Assembly: GCA_951406725.2 (NCBI GenBank)
Contig: OX597821.1
Span: 80,910,001 to 80,974,000 of the forward strand
Length of the DNA stretch: 64,000 nt
Reading direction: 5' to 3'
From: Octopus vulgaris
Lineage: Eukaryota
Shown: positions 1-13,199 of the stretch, in pieces
Layout of the letters: every line of letters begins with the position of its first letter
Position numbering within the stretch: position 1 is the stretch's first letter
Made by a program: the position numbers and the translations under genes
Notes under the pieces: model-generated
Databases searched by the model: none
What the model saw: the letters and a program-made list of their open reading frames with translations, nothing else
What the model was told of the DNA's origin: nothing

Positions 1-240
1 AATAGTCTTAATGGTAAAAATTTCAATTCCTTGGATGACGGAAAAAGATACCTAGATGAATTATTTGCCATGAAACCACCTCAGTTCTGGGAAGAGGGCA
101 TTTTCAAGTTAAAGGAAAGATGGAGACGCGTTGTGCAACAAAATGGTTCATATTTGGTTGATTAAAAACGTAATGGCAAGTATTTATTGACCTTTTCCTT
201 TCCTTAAAAAATCGGCACGAACTTTCTGGACAACCCAATA
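1..240 (+). mobile_element. 3' end of a mariner-family DNA transposon
   Basis: Frame 1 reads NSLNGKNFNSLDDGKRYLDELFAMKPPQFWEEGIFKLKERWRRVVQQNGSYLVD* (stop 163-165), a typical mariner transposase C-terminus; right TIR ...ggcacgaactttctggacaacccaata ends in TA. Confidence 0.9.
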
Positions 241-574
241 GCTACTTTGCTAATTGAAAAACTATTGATCGAAAACAGTTGATAAAAGAGAATATTTTTT
301 GCGAAGAATTCGTTTCCCACCAATAGGGGACTGGTGATGATAAGGGTCGAAGTTTGAACTCACTAAGCAAAGAGCCAAAACAGACGCTACAAGATTCTAA
401 CACTTCCGCAAATCCATCACCACTATGGGCTAGTATGTCATTTACCGATCCTTGGAAAGGATAAAAGACCGAATTCTTCAGAATGCAGACAGCCGGAATA
501 GATACTGCAACACATTCTAGCAACACTAACAATTCTTCCACCCCGCCACATTTGAAAAGACAATTTAATAGAAT

Positions 575-1450
575 ATCGGTCTCAATTCTAGCACAAGGCT
601 AGCAGCTTTGGGGAGGGGGATTAGTCGATTACATCGTCCCCAGTGCTCTAAGAATGAAAAACAAAGTCGACTCCTGTGGCATCAGAACTCAGAACATAAA
701 GACAGACGAAATGCCGCCAAGTATTTTGCCCGGTGCGGTAACAACTCTGCCAGTTCGCCGCCTTGGAATTTAATAGAATGTTCTTTTCTACTTTAGGCAC
801 AAGGCTCGAAATTTTGGGGGAGGGGATTAGATCGACCCCAGTCGATTAGATCGACCCCAGTACGCAACTGGTACTTAATTTATTGACCCCAAATGGATGA
901 AAAGCAAAGTCGACCTCGGCGGAATTTGAACTCATACTGTAAAGACAGACGAAATATTTCTAAGCATTTCACCCGGCGTGCTAACGATTCTTATTTCTTT
1001 ATTGCCCACAAGGGGCTAAACACAGAGGGGACAAACAAGGACAGACAAAGGGATTAAGTCAATTACATCGACCCCAGTGCATAACTGGTACTTAATTTAT
1101 CGACCCCGAAAGGATGAAAGGTAAAGTCGACCTCGGCTGGATTTGAACTCAGAACGCAGCAGCGGACGAAATATCACAAAGCATTTCGCCCGGCGTGCTA
1201 ACGTTTCTGCCAGCACACCGCCCTTGATAAGAATATTCTTTTCTACTCTAGGCGCAAGGCCCGAAATTTTGCAGGAGGAGCCAATCGATTAGATCGATCC
1301 AGTACGCAACTGGCACTTAATTTATTGACTTCGAAAGGATGAAAGGCAAAGTCGACCTCGGCGGAATTTGAACTCGGAACGTAACGGCAGACGAAATGCC
1401 GCAAAGCATTTCGCCCGGCGCGGCAATGACTCTGCCAGCTCGTTGCCTTA
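575..1450 (-). repeat. Cluster of about 4 copies of tRNA-derived SINE family A
   Basis: Repeated gaaaggatgaaaggcaaagtcgacctcggcggaatttgaactcagaac...gcatttcgcccggcgtgctaacg. The family recurs near 9803-10392, 14260-14478, 36668-37050, 49600-49815, 50075-50765, 57460-58040, 59478-59612 and 63258-63460. Confidence 0.9.
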
Positions 1451-2817
1451 GAATTTAATAGGATATTAAAATGTCATTTCTCATTTTTTAGGTTTCTCTT
1501 TCTATGTTTCTCTTTATCAAAGAACATTGATACCCAAACACTTCTTCCATACCTCTCCCTATATATTGCTACATCTCTCTCTATAGAACTCCTAACCTTA
1601 TATTTATATATTTCCCCCTTTCATTCCTTCTTACCATTTTTTTCTTTCCTTTCTTTTCATTCCATCATTTCTGCTCTGATTTCCAATTCCTTTGACTTGT
1701 CACTCGTTTCACATTTCTTTTTCATATATATTCTTGCATATTTTTTCTCATATTTTTAGTTTCTTTTTCAAATTGCTTTTTTTTTTACCATTTTTATCCT
1801 GTTTCTTCCTTTTTTTATCATATTTTTAAAGCTATTTTCATTCCCACCCCACCCTTTTCGTTCTGTCTCACTTCTATATCTTTTTCATCTTTATTCTCTT
1901 CAGCCTTTCTCGTGTTTCTTCACCTCACTAAATAACTCCCCTCACCAAATAACTCTCGCTCTCCTTTAACTCTAACCCTTCTGTCCTCTTTTTCACACTT
2001 CTCTACACTCTCACACAAAGCTGTTTTCCCTCCTATCATTTTCCACCTCTCTCCATCCTCTCTTTCTCCATTCTATGTACTGCACTTTAAAGCAACAATT
2101 CGTCACTCTTACCTCAAATGGCGATAAACTTATCAGAATTTATACGAAGGAGGCCAAATAAAGAAACCAAAAGAAACAAGCAAACAAAAAGTGTCGTTTG
2201 TCTGCAGATTCTGAGGAATGTAAAGAAGAGATTTCACAAGATAAAGCCCCCTTGATAACAGGATATGGTATCAGATAGTATTTCAAGAAGTTGACGTTAG
2301 AATTCGATGTTTCCGAAGGGCCGACTCGCTTTGTAGGTCAGACAACTTCAATGGTGCTTCATATCACTATATTTGTGTTTCATATCTATATCTATTGTAA
2401 GTTGACATGATTGATACCTCTCGCTTGTAATGTCTTCTTTATATTCTGAAAGCAAAATTGTAGCTGAACCCCAAGGCCAGCCCTGATGAGGAGAATTTCG
2501 GTTTGCAAAGAAATTTCGTTGCTACTTCTAGCAGAGTGTGCGACCGTATAGACACTTTTGTTGGTTCATCTTATTTGATTCGTTATATCCTGTTATCAAC
2601 AGGGATTTACAGAGTACGATTTCGTCTGTTACCAATGGTGCTTTACATTGTGCGACCTATTCCGTTATCAAGGAGGCTTTATATTGTGCGATCGCTTCTG
2701 TTACCAAGGGGGCTCGGCTCGGTTTGGCTTAGCTCAGCTTAATTAGATTCTGCTTAATCAGTTAATTAATTAGTTAAACAAGCACAGAAGGTCACCAACT
2801 CCCATCAGTTGTCACCC

Positions 2818-2898
<81 letters not shown>

Positions 2899-2900
<2 letters not shown>

Positions 2901-4167
2901 GAGGTTGGTCAAAATAATGGAAACACCTTAAAATTTCAAACAAATTTATTTTAATACGGCGTAGAACCGTCTTTGGCAGTAATTACAGCTTGAATTCTAC
3001 GAGGTATGGACTCGTACAAAGTTTTGATTGTTTCCAAAGGAATTTTTGTCCATTCTTCAGCTAAAACAGTCTCCAGTTCTTGTAGGAATGATGGTGGAGG
3101 ATATCGATTCCTTACTTGATTTTTATTTTAATGCACCATAAATGTTCAATAATATTGATATCTGGGAACTGTGGTGGCCAGATAAGATGTTCAACTCCAC
3201 TAGAATGTTCCTTGTGCCATTCAGTAACAACTTTAGCTGTGTGAATTAGTGCATCATCATCTTGAAAAATTGCGTTTCCCTCTGGAAACAGTTCCGCAAC
3301 AATAGGATGAATTTGATCAGATAAAATGCTTAAATAGATTTCACTATTAATTCTGCCATAAAGGGAAGCCACTGGACCGGCGGATTTCCAAGATATAGCC
3401 CCCACCCCACCCCGATCATCACAGATCCTCCTCCATGTTTAACAGTTGGAAGAAGGCAGTCTCGGTCAAATGCTTCTTCTGGCTGTCTCCACAGGTATAC
3501 TCGTTCGGTGGTCGGAAATAAGGTAAAGGATGACTCGTCCGAGAAAATAACATTCTTTCACTACTGTATGGACAAATTCTGTAGGTTTTTACTCCACTCT
3601 AAACGTTTTGCAACGTTTGTTTTTGAAAGTAGTGGTTTTCTGATTGCAGCCCTCCCGTGATATCCGGCTTTGTGTAGCTCCCGGCGAACAGTTTGTGTGG
3701 AAACTGGGTTCTTGAGGTGGCCATTAAGCTCTGCAGTAATCTTGGGAGCTATACTCTTGTGATCCTTTCTAACAATTCGCATAAGAGTCCGACGATCCAT
3801 ATCTGAAAATTTTGGTTTTTTCCGGAGTTTTGTTACGACGGGGAGGTTTTTTCCCTCTTTCTCAAATGCTGTCGTTACTTTCGAGACAGTACTTTTTGAT
3901 ACCCCAAACATTTTGGCTGTTTTCGTTACGCTAGCTCCTGCCATACGAGCACCAACAATTTGACCTCTTTGAATGTCCGATAGATCTATCATTTCGATGA
4001 ATTTTAATTACCTTTTTCTGATGATACCTGAAAAGAAACAGCAATTTTAGCAAAACATATTAAGCAACACTAATAATAAATCAAAAATCATAAAAATAAA
4101 CAAGCTTTTAGATATTTCAAAATTATGGTGCTATGATGCGAGGTGTTTCCATTATTTTCTTTAACCC

Positions 4168-4170
<3 letters not shown>
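2899..4170 (-). mobile_element. Tc1-like DNA transposon with disrupted transposase
   Basis: About 30-bp TIRs (cagaggttggtcaaaataatggaaacacct / aggtgtttccattattttctttaacccctg) inserted in microsatellites; ORFs 3561-3992 (HTH, QRGQIVG, GRAAIRKP) and 3112-3405 (FQDD, WPPQFPDINIIEHLW). Confidence 0.95.
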
Positions 4171-4208
<38 letters not shown>

Positions 4209-5114
4209 CCTGCTCGCTTAGCCAGCGGGGTGGCCATTCGAAGGCTAAAACAATGCGAACGCATTGTGACCAGCGATGTGTAACAACATCTGATGGTCTG
4301 GTCGGTCACGTGATCACGTGATATATATATATATACGTGTGCGTGTGTGTGTTTGTGTGTGTGTCCCATCCTCGCTCGACAACGGTGTTGGTATGTTTAC
4401 ATCGCGTAACCTTAGTGGTTCTGCGAAAAGAAACCGATAGAATCAGTACCAGCCTTTTAAGAAATAAGTACTTGGGGGTGAATTCGTTCGACTAAGATTC
4501 TTCAAAGCAGTACCCCAGCATGGGCGCAATCTAATATATGAAACAAGTACATGATAAAAGAATAAGCAACTGGTACTTTATGCATCATCTCCAAAAGAAT
4601 GAAAAGTAAAAGTTTATGCATCAACAAGATTTGATCTCATATCGCTGTAATAATATGAAGTATTGTGACGAGAAAAGCTAATTGTGGTGGTTTGTTTTGT
4701 TAAGAGACGGTCGATAAGCAACTTAATTGATGTATGTTGCAGCTGCGTCTGCCCAGTTGACCTTTCATTTAACACGTGCTCTTTTATTCCGAGTATTTTA
4801 TAGTTGACAGTCTTTCACAACCTTCTTTAGCATGCAGACATTCATAGAAACATACCTACGTCGCATACCTACGTCGCATACATTACTACACACACACACA
4901 CACACACACTTTTGGTCGCACATAAACCTATATGTCTTCTATCTTGTTTCAGTCAATAGACTGCGGTCATGCTGGGGCACTGCCTTCGAGAATTTTAGCC
5001 AAACGAACCGACCCCAGGACTTCTTTTTAAAGTTTGGTAATTATTCACTTATTTTATTGGTCATTTTGCCGAAACACTAAGTTACGGAGACGTAAACACA
5101 CACACACACACACA

Positions 5115-5152
<38 letters not shown>

Positions 5153-5160
5153 AGAATATA

Positions 5161-5191
<31 letters not shown>

Positions 5192-5197
5192 TAAAAG

Positions 5198-5250
<53 letters not shown>

Positions 5251-5255
5251 AGAAT

Positions 5256-5313
<58 letters not shown>

Positions 5314-5355
5314 TATATATATATAAAGGATATATATAAGAAAAGAATATATATA

Positions 5356-5386
<31 letters not shown>

Positions 5387-5392
<6 letters not shown>

Positions 5393-6270
5393 AGACACCT
5401 TGCTACATGCAATCAATCCCCATGCATAGCATTCGTAGAAACTCACCTCAGCCCTGATATAGAGGATGCAGAAGTACACGTACTAAAATATACCATTCTG
5501 CAAACAGACAGAAGAGAATGGAGACATGGTGGAGTTACTGTATACATCCATGAAGATCTCACACCCCAGATCTTCCTGTCATACTCAAATTCTGTATGTG
5601 ACACTCTAATCGTATACATAAGACAGCATAATATAGTCATATGCAATACATATTGCCCACCGGATGCTCCAAACCACATAGGCAAGTTTGAAGATTGGCT
5701 CACAAGAATTAAAGAAATCTTCATGAAACTGGAACACCACGTGACCATATTTCTTATGCGTGATTTCTACTTCCCCAACGTCAAGTGGCCCGAATGTCTC
5801 ATACTCTCAGGAATGACTCCTTGGAAGCAAGCACAGGTGGAGTCCCTGCTCAACCTCACCAATGCCCTATCCATGGAGCTAGCTGTACTCAGACCAACTA
5901 GGGCGAATAACATTCTGGATCGCTGCTTCATGAACAATATGGACATCATTCATGATGTGAAAGGGACGCCAACATTAGTCTCGGATCACAAAGTAATAGA
6001 GCTGTATATGTTTGGGCCGAAAGAGGCAGAGGCATACAGCCTAAAGGAAGCATCCGAAATCTCTCCAATCTGAACTTCCACAAAGCAGATTGGAAATCGA
6101 TCCAAAAAGAAATCCTCAGAGAGGACTGGCCAGAATGTCTCTCCACACCAGACATTGACATGAAGCTAGAATGTTTCATGTCTGTTGTGCAAGCCATATG
6201 CCAGAAATATGTCCCAGTGCACAAGGCCAAAACAAATAGGAAAAAGTTTCCAAGGGAGAGGAAGACCTTC
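5387..6270 (+). mobile_element. Non-LTR retrotransposon (CR1/L2-like) apurinic endonuclease fragment, decayed
   Basis: ORF 5387-6073 with ETHL, DR..RHGGV, YCPP, PTRANNILD and SDH motifs; continues frameshifted as LNFHKADW. Confidence 0.9.
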
Positions 6271-7384
6271 CATTTGTTCTTAATGTGATAGAACAAGGGA
6301 GATTTTGGCTGCTTTTTCTAGAAGGTCTATTGGTCTTGCAGTGCATTCATTGCCAGCTCATAGTAACGGGGAATTTTACTTGGAGCTGTCAATCATTATT
6401 CTTCTTTATGATAGAACGAATGTTTGTGTGACATCTGCTATTGTGAACAAATTTAATATAAAGTCAGCACAGCGCAGAATTCTAAGCGAGAGAAATCGAC
6501 TGCAACATAATGGGTGACGTATTTAAAGGTTCGAGTCCACATTCATCACACGGTTTTAGGCGAAATTAGATCGCTTGGTGATGAGTGAAGGTTCGAATCC
6601 TGTTAATGACTGTCTGTTTCAATATATCTCTCTTTGGTCTTCTGACCAAAACAGAAAGTAAATAAAAACTTCAAGAGACTAGATTCCAAGCAAGGTAGAT
6701 CGTAATTTCACTTACTGTGAACTTTGACTTTTATCAATGTCTCTGTTTTCTATTTTCAAGACTGCTGGAACTGAAATCTGAAAAACGTTGAAATAACATC
6801 ATTTTTAGATTTTGGTTCTGGCAAAACTTCATACTGATCTTCAAATGAAGCTTCGAGTCAAATCCATTGCCCAAATACAGCTCATTTCTCTTCAAGAAAA
6901 TATTGCTTTATCGCGCCTGTTCTTCAACATTTGTGCAATAAAACTAGCTTGCTACTGTCGGCACCACAAAAATAGTTCTGCTATATGCATTGTACAATCT
7001 TATTGGTTTATTTGTATTATAAATTTGAACTTATATAAAACTACTTTGGATGAGTCCATTTCTAGCTTGCAACAAACATGTTACCACCTGCTTTCTCACG
7101 CACAAAGAAAATGAAAATAAAACCATCTCGGATGAACAGAAATACGCAATTTATGATAAGTACAACAGGTGACTGTATTATATATCAGCTGTCAGGTAAA
7201 AACAGGTTGTAATAAATCTCAAATGTAACAAAAAGACGATGGACTGGAATAAAAGAAGGAAGCGATAACAGAAGCAGATTTGTTTTGCTTCTATTCACTT
7301 CCAAGTGGAACTTTGGATAAAATAATTGTATTTAGAAAGAACATCAATATCTGCAAGAATTTGATAGATTAAGCGAAACGAACC

Positions 7385-7433
7385 ATGCACAATTTTGGTT
7401 TTATACTCACCGTTGCCGTTCTTCTAACTGCGG
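7385..7433 (+). CDS. Coding exon 1 of an unannotated secreted WAP-like/VWC-like protein (signal peptide)
   Basis: aaccATG context; reads [16 protein letters not shown] + G with a hydrophobic core; donor G|gtaaat; phase 1, matching exon 2. Confidence 0.8.
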
Positions 7434-7586
7434 GTAAATATCCTTCTTAATTGTGCTTTCGGTTTCAATACTTAAAGACTGTATATTCATCTGCCCATGA
7501 TTACCGACATGTGTGTATGTATGTGTGTGTATGTGTGTATGTGTGTCTGTATAATATAATATGCGTGCATGTATGTATATGTCTAC

Positions 7587-7631
<45 letters not shown>

Positions 7632-7652
7632 TATATATATGCATATGCACGC

Positions 7653-7690
<38 letters not shown>

Positions 7691-7885
7691 TATATATATG
7701 CATATGCACGCATATGTACACATACATGTATATATGTATATATGCGTACCTATCTGTGTATGTATAGTAATCTTGTGTAAGTTTATATTTAACACGCTCA
7801 TCTGCAATCACCATTTATATTATATGTGCACATATAAATATATACATATATGTATATACATCATATATGTATAATATTTTCTAGC

Positions 7886-7933
7886 AAAAACTGTCCGACG
7901 AACGGGAACGTGAAACTCAGAGTAACAGGTTTT
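7886..7933 (+). ncRNA. Minimal type I hammerhead ribozyme-like motif (U4C core variant)
   Basis: CTGT-CCGACGA-ACG GGAA CGT-GAAAC-TCAGA-GTA-ACAG gives stem I CTGT/ACAG, stem II ACG/CGT, near-palindromic stem III ACTC-A-GAGT and a GUA cleavage triplet. Confidence 0.6.
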
Positions 7934-8030
7934 GGTGAATTTTCTGCTGCTTTTAAATAAAGCATATTACTCTACCACTGTTATTTGAGTACTCTTTTTT
8001 CCACCTTGTTTCACATTTATGTGTTTACTC

Positions 8031-8101
<71 letters not shown>

Positions 8102-8642
8102 CGTATATATATATGTATGTATGTATGTATGTATATATGTATGTATATGTATATATACAGTTATGTCTAGGGAGGGTCATTGAGTCACTGATTGAAATAA
8201 ACTCACGCGAAAACACACGCACACACCTAAACATACACACTGACGCTTACCTATTCAAAACACAATCTACTACGCCACACAGGCGCACGCACACTCACAT
8301 CTGAACGCACGCACCTAAGTAAACATACATACATCTACACACACAGGCATAAGACTAGTTCTCAGACAGACATAAAGCAGATATGGAAGAGTGAGGGCAT
8401 GTCGTTGATGAGAAAGAACTCTGACGGAGAAAATTAACAACTGATCGATTGTTCAATCAACACTTTCAAGAAACCACTGATTAGTTAGTTGGTAAAATAA
8501 GAAGTGGTATTGGACTTGTGCGCGTGTTTTAATTCTTATTGGCATAATGACCCTACCTAAACACAAGATTTATTTCAGCATACGAATTCATATCAAGTGC
8601 CTTGCGTACAAAATGCAAAAACGACGCATGTGTATATATTAT

Positions 8643-8706
<64 letters not shown>

Positions 8707-8887
8707 GGGAATATTATATTGTGTAGCCTTTTTACCAATTATATACATTTTATTTATTATTTTGTACTTTACTTAATTATTGGTATATTTATCGTATAAT
8801 TAATTTTTTTTCTATATGGTATAATTTAATTATATCATTGTTATTTCATTGTTGAATTGATAAAAGGTGGTTTTCTCTAATTTATAT

Positions 8888-9341
<454 letters not shown>

Positions 9342-9582
9342 ATTTTTACTTGCGGCCATGCTGGAGTAACACCTTAAAGAGTTTTAGTTGAATAAATCAA
9401 CCCCAGGACTTATTCTTTGTAAGCCTAGAACTTATTCTGTCATGTTCTTTTGCCGACCCGTCAAGTAACGGGTATATAAACACACTAACATCGGTTGTCA
9501 AGCGATGGTGGGGGGTTAAACACAGACACAAAGGCATACACACGCACACGCACGCACACACACACACACACGCACACACAGA

Positions 9583-9663
<81 letters not shown>

Positions 9664-9802
9664 GACGGGCTTCTTTCAGTTTCCGTCTACCAAATCCACT
9701 CATAAGGCTTTGGTCAGTCCGAAGCTATACTAAAAGATACTTGCCCAAGGTGCCACGCAGAGGGGCTGAACCTGAAACCATGTGGTTGGGAAGGAAGCTT
9801 CT

Positions 9803-10392
9803 TATTTCTTTATTGCCCACAAGGGGCTAAACAAAGAAGAGACAAACAAAGGGATTAACTTGATTACATCGACACCAGTGCGTAATTGGTACTTAATTTA
9901 TCGACCCCGAAAGGATGAATGGCAAAATCGACCTCGGAGGAATTTGAACTCAGGACGTAACGGCAGACGAAATACCTATTTCTTTACTACCCACAAGGGG
10001 CTAAACACAGAGAAGACAAACAAGGACAGACAAACGGATTAAGTCGATTATATCTACCCCAGTGCGTAACTGGTACTTATTCAATCGACCCCGAAAGAAT
10101 GAAAGACATAGTGGACCTCGGCAGAATTTGAGCTCAGAACGTAACGGCAGACGAAATACCTATTTCTTTACTACCCACAAGGAGCTAAACACAGAGGGGA
10201 CAAACAAGAACAGACAAACGGATTAAGTCGATTACATCGACCCCAGTGCGTAACTGGTATTTAATTTATCGACCCCGAAAGGATGAAAGGCAAAGTCGAC
10301 CTCGGCGGAATTTGAACTCAGAACGTAGCGGCAGACGACATACTGCTAAGCATTTCGCCCGGCGTGCTAACGTTTCTGCCTGCTCACCGCCT
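9803..10392 (-). repeat. Head-to-tail trimer of SINE family A inserted into a family B SINE
   Basis: Three units of about 175-185 bp (9803-9976, 9977-10160, 10161-10344) plus one head; the host SINE resumes at 10393 (tcttaccacacagcc). Confidence 0.85.
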
Positions 10393-10699
10393 TCTTACCA
10401 CACAGCCACGCCTGACTAAAGAATAAACAGTTATCTTATGAACTTCATTAGCTCACAACTGTTTCTGCTATAAGATGCAGTGGACTCAAATCTGACTGCT
10501 TGAGTAACATCTTGAAGCTTCATTAGAGCCTCGAATATGACATGCAGTTTATTTAGGAAAAATGTAATCCTTTTCCCAAATAAATTGCACTTTACATTCG
10601 AGGCCCTGCAGAAGCTATAAGTTGTTACTCAAACCCTCGACTATAAGATAAAAGTTTATTCCTTTGTCATCTTATCTTCTTATAACCATTCTGTACTCA

Positions 10700-11800
10700 A
10701 CAAACAAAGACAAGTAGTGTAGACAGCAAACATGTATTAGTTTAACGCTCGGGAAGTGAAAAAGTCTTTAACGTTTCGATCCTACGCTCTTCTACAAAAA
10801 AGGAATACAGAAAGAAACAAGGAGAGAAAATAAAGAATGTGTAGTGGCTAGCGATCTATCATGGCGAATGCCGGACAGAATGGTCACACAGTAGAGCTAG
10901 GAAGAAGAGATAATAAAGTAGTGGTGATCCCAAAACGAAGGTGCGCGTGCGTGTCTATAAGAGAGTATGTATGTGCGTGTGGAAGAGGGCTGGTGACCTT
11001 GAAGTGTGCGTGTGTATATTTGTAGGTGTGAAGATGTGGGGCTGGGAAGTGGTCAGTACTAGTGTGTGCGCGGTGGTGTGATGTGATGTGATGTTGTGTG
11101 GTATGGTGGTGTATGGTGTAGTGGTGTGTGGTGTTGGCAGGTGGAGGAGGCGAGAGTGGGGAAAGCAAAGGTGGGGTGGAGGTAGGCAGAGGGTGGGGGT
11201 AGAGGTGGGGTATGTGGGAGTGGATGCAAAGGGATGGGGCGGGGTGAGATGGGAAGGATAGGGAAGGTGGGGTTGGAATGTGTAGTGGTGGGTGGGGTTA
11301 CGAGGGAGGGGTGACGATGAAGAGAGAAGGAGAAGGTGGGTAAGAGTGAAGAGGAGAGAAGGAGAGTAGGAGTGAAGAGAAGACGTAGGAGTCGGAGTAA
11401 GAGAGGAGAGGTGGGTGGGAAGAAGTAGGTGTGAAGGGGAGAGAGGCGAGGGAGGAGGTTAGATGAAGAGGGGAGGAGAGTTAAGCCCATGTGGTGCAAA
11501 GGAGCGAAGAGAGAAGATTAATCTCTGTTCACGGTGCAAACGGGAGTCCGGATGGCCCCTGTGCAAGGACAATCCGAACACGGACAGGTGTTGCAAAGAG
11601 TGATCGGTAGAGCGGAAATGGCGCGAGACCGGGGTTTCTTGCCGAGTCGAATGTCTTGGAGGTGTTCCGCGAACCGGTCAGCCAAGCGACGTCCCGTTTG
11701 CCCGATGTATAGAGAAGGGCAGAGAGAGCAAGAGATGCAGTAGATGACATTGGTAGAAGTGAGAAGGAGTCGGTGATGTGATAGGATTGATGATGGGTAG
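10700..11800 (-). mobile_element. Penelope-like retroelement 3' part (GIY-YIG endonuclease and terminal repeat), decayed
   Basis: The reverse strand reads TSTNVIYCISCSLCPSLYIGQTGRRLADRFAEHLQDIRLG...REQRLIFSLRSFAPHGLN with frameshifts, followed by a pyrimidine-rich tail and a terminal repeat also seen near 12420, 27320 and 42820. Confidence 0.88.
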
Positions 11801-12216
11801 AATGTTACTCGTTATTTGACGGGCAACTTTGGGAAAATATTTTTGGCACCATGGGTAATATCAGGAAATATGACCTATCTACAAAAGTTATTAAAAATTT
11901 AACTTCTATTAAATTTCTTAGTGCTTAAGCAAAATAATGAAATGAATACTAATTTTCAAAAGACTAATATTTATTGCCTTAATATATGATTACATAAAAC
12001 AGTATTCAAAAGGGGAAAAAATGAAAGCAAAATCACTCTCCGAATTAATCTATTACGTTATGGAAATTCACACGCGCACACTTATGTATGTATGTTCCCT
12101 CTGCTCTTCCTCCTCAGTCGCTGATTTTCCCTCACTGCGTATGTCTGTATGTGTGTACTATTCCCATGTGCAGTCACCCTGCACCTCATATACTAACTCT
12201 CTCCGTATCTCTCCTT

Positions 12217-12255
<39 letters not shown>

Positions 12256-12292
12256 ATGTATGTATATGTGTGTGTATACATACATACATACA

Positions 12293-12342
<50 letters not shown>

Positions 12343-12538
12343 ATGTTTTTCCCTATATATTTTCTTCTCTCTCCGTGCTTTTTTTTTGTTCTCTCTCCAT
12401 TTTTTCCCCTTTCTCAATCCATTCTGCCGAAGAGTGTAAGCTCGAAATGTCAAAGACTTTTCCATTCTTTCCGAGCGTTAAACCATTACACCAGCTTGTT
12501 GTTCCTTCACTTGTCTTCGTCTTTAGTTTTCTGTTGTG

Positions 12539-12617
<79 letters not shown>

Positions 12618-13199
12618 ATTAATATCTTTCTTCAAGACCTACGCACGTTTCCGCTTGAAACTGGTGCACACTGTTAAATATGCGTCTTGGTGTTAATTAT
12701 CGTTGCAACTTCATCAGGATCTACTTCAACTGTTGGTCGGATATCATCTGAAGATAGTATAAGCTTGACTAAAATTATTCTCTAATGTGGTGTTGGCCTT
12801 ACTAAAAATAGTCTCATGTTTCGTGAACTTTATGTTACCCTGGTTACTTCAGAACTTATTGCTACTTCTATCTTAAATGCTCAAGAATTTTCCTATGGTT
12901 CTTAATTCATGTTCTAGCCTACCATTCCCCCATGTAGAATAGTAATTTTTTTTTCCAAATGTATTAAACTGTTCTTTGTTTTTTATGTTGATATTATTAT
13001 TAAACTATGGATCTATTATTTTCTTGTTATTTTGAAATCTAATTTAAATTAATATTTTCCTCGTAGTTAATTTTATTCAACTTAAAGTTTGTTTTCAAAT
13101 TTTGAAAATTTTTTCAGTTTAATTTATGTAGGAGTTTACATTTTTGTTCATTATTTGTTATAATTTACTTACTTCTAATTCAAATTTTAGTTGGTCATA

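Noticed and set aside
5387-6073. 228-aa ORF as a host endonuclease gene
   Set aside because: It is a LINE endonuclease with degenerate catalytic motifs (MRDFY for GDFN), a frameshift and a truncated start.
11059-11499. 146-aa Pro/Leu/His-rich ORF
   Set aside because: It is the low-complexity pyrimidine-rich tail of the Penelope-like element.
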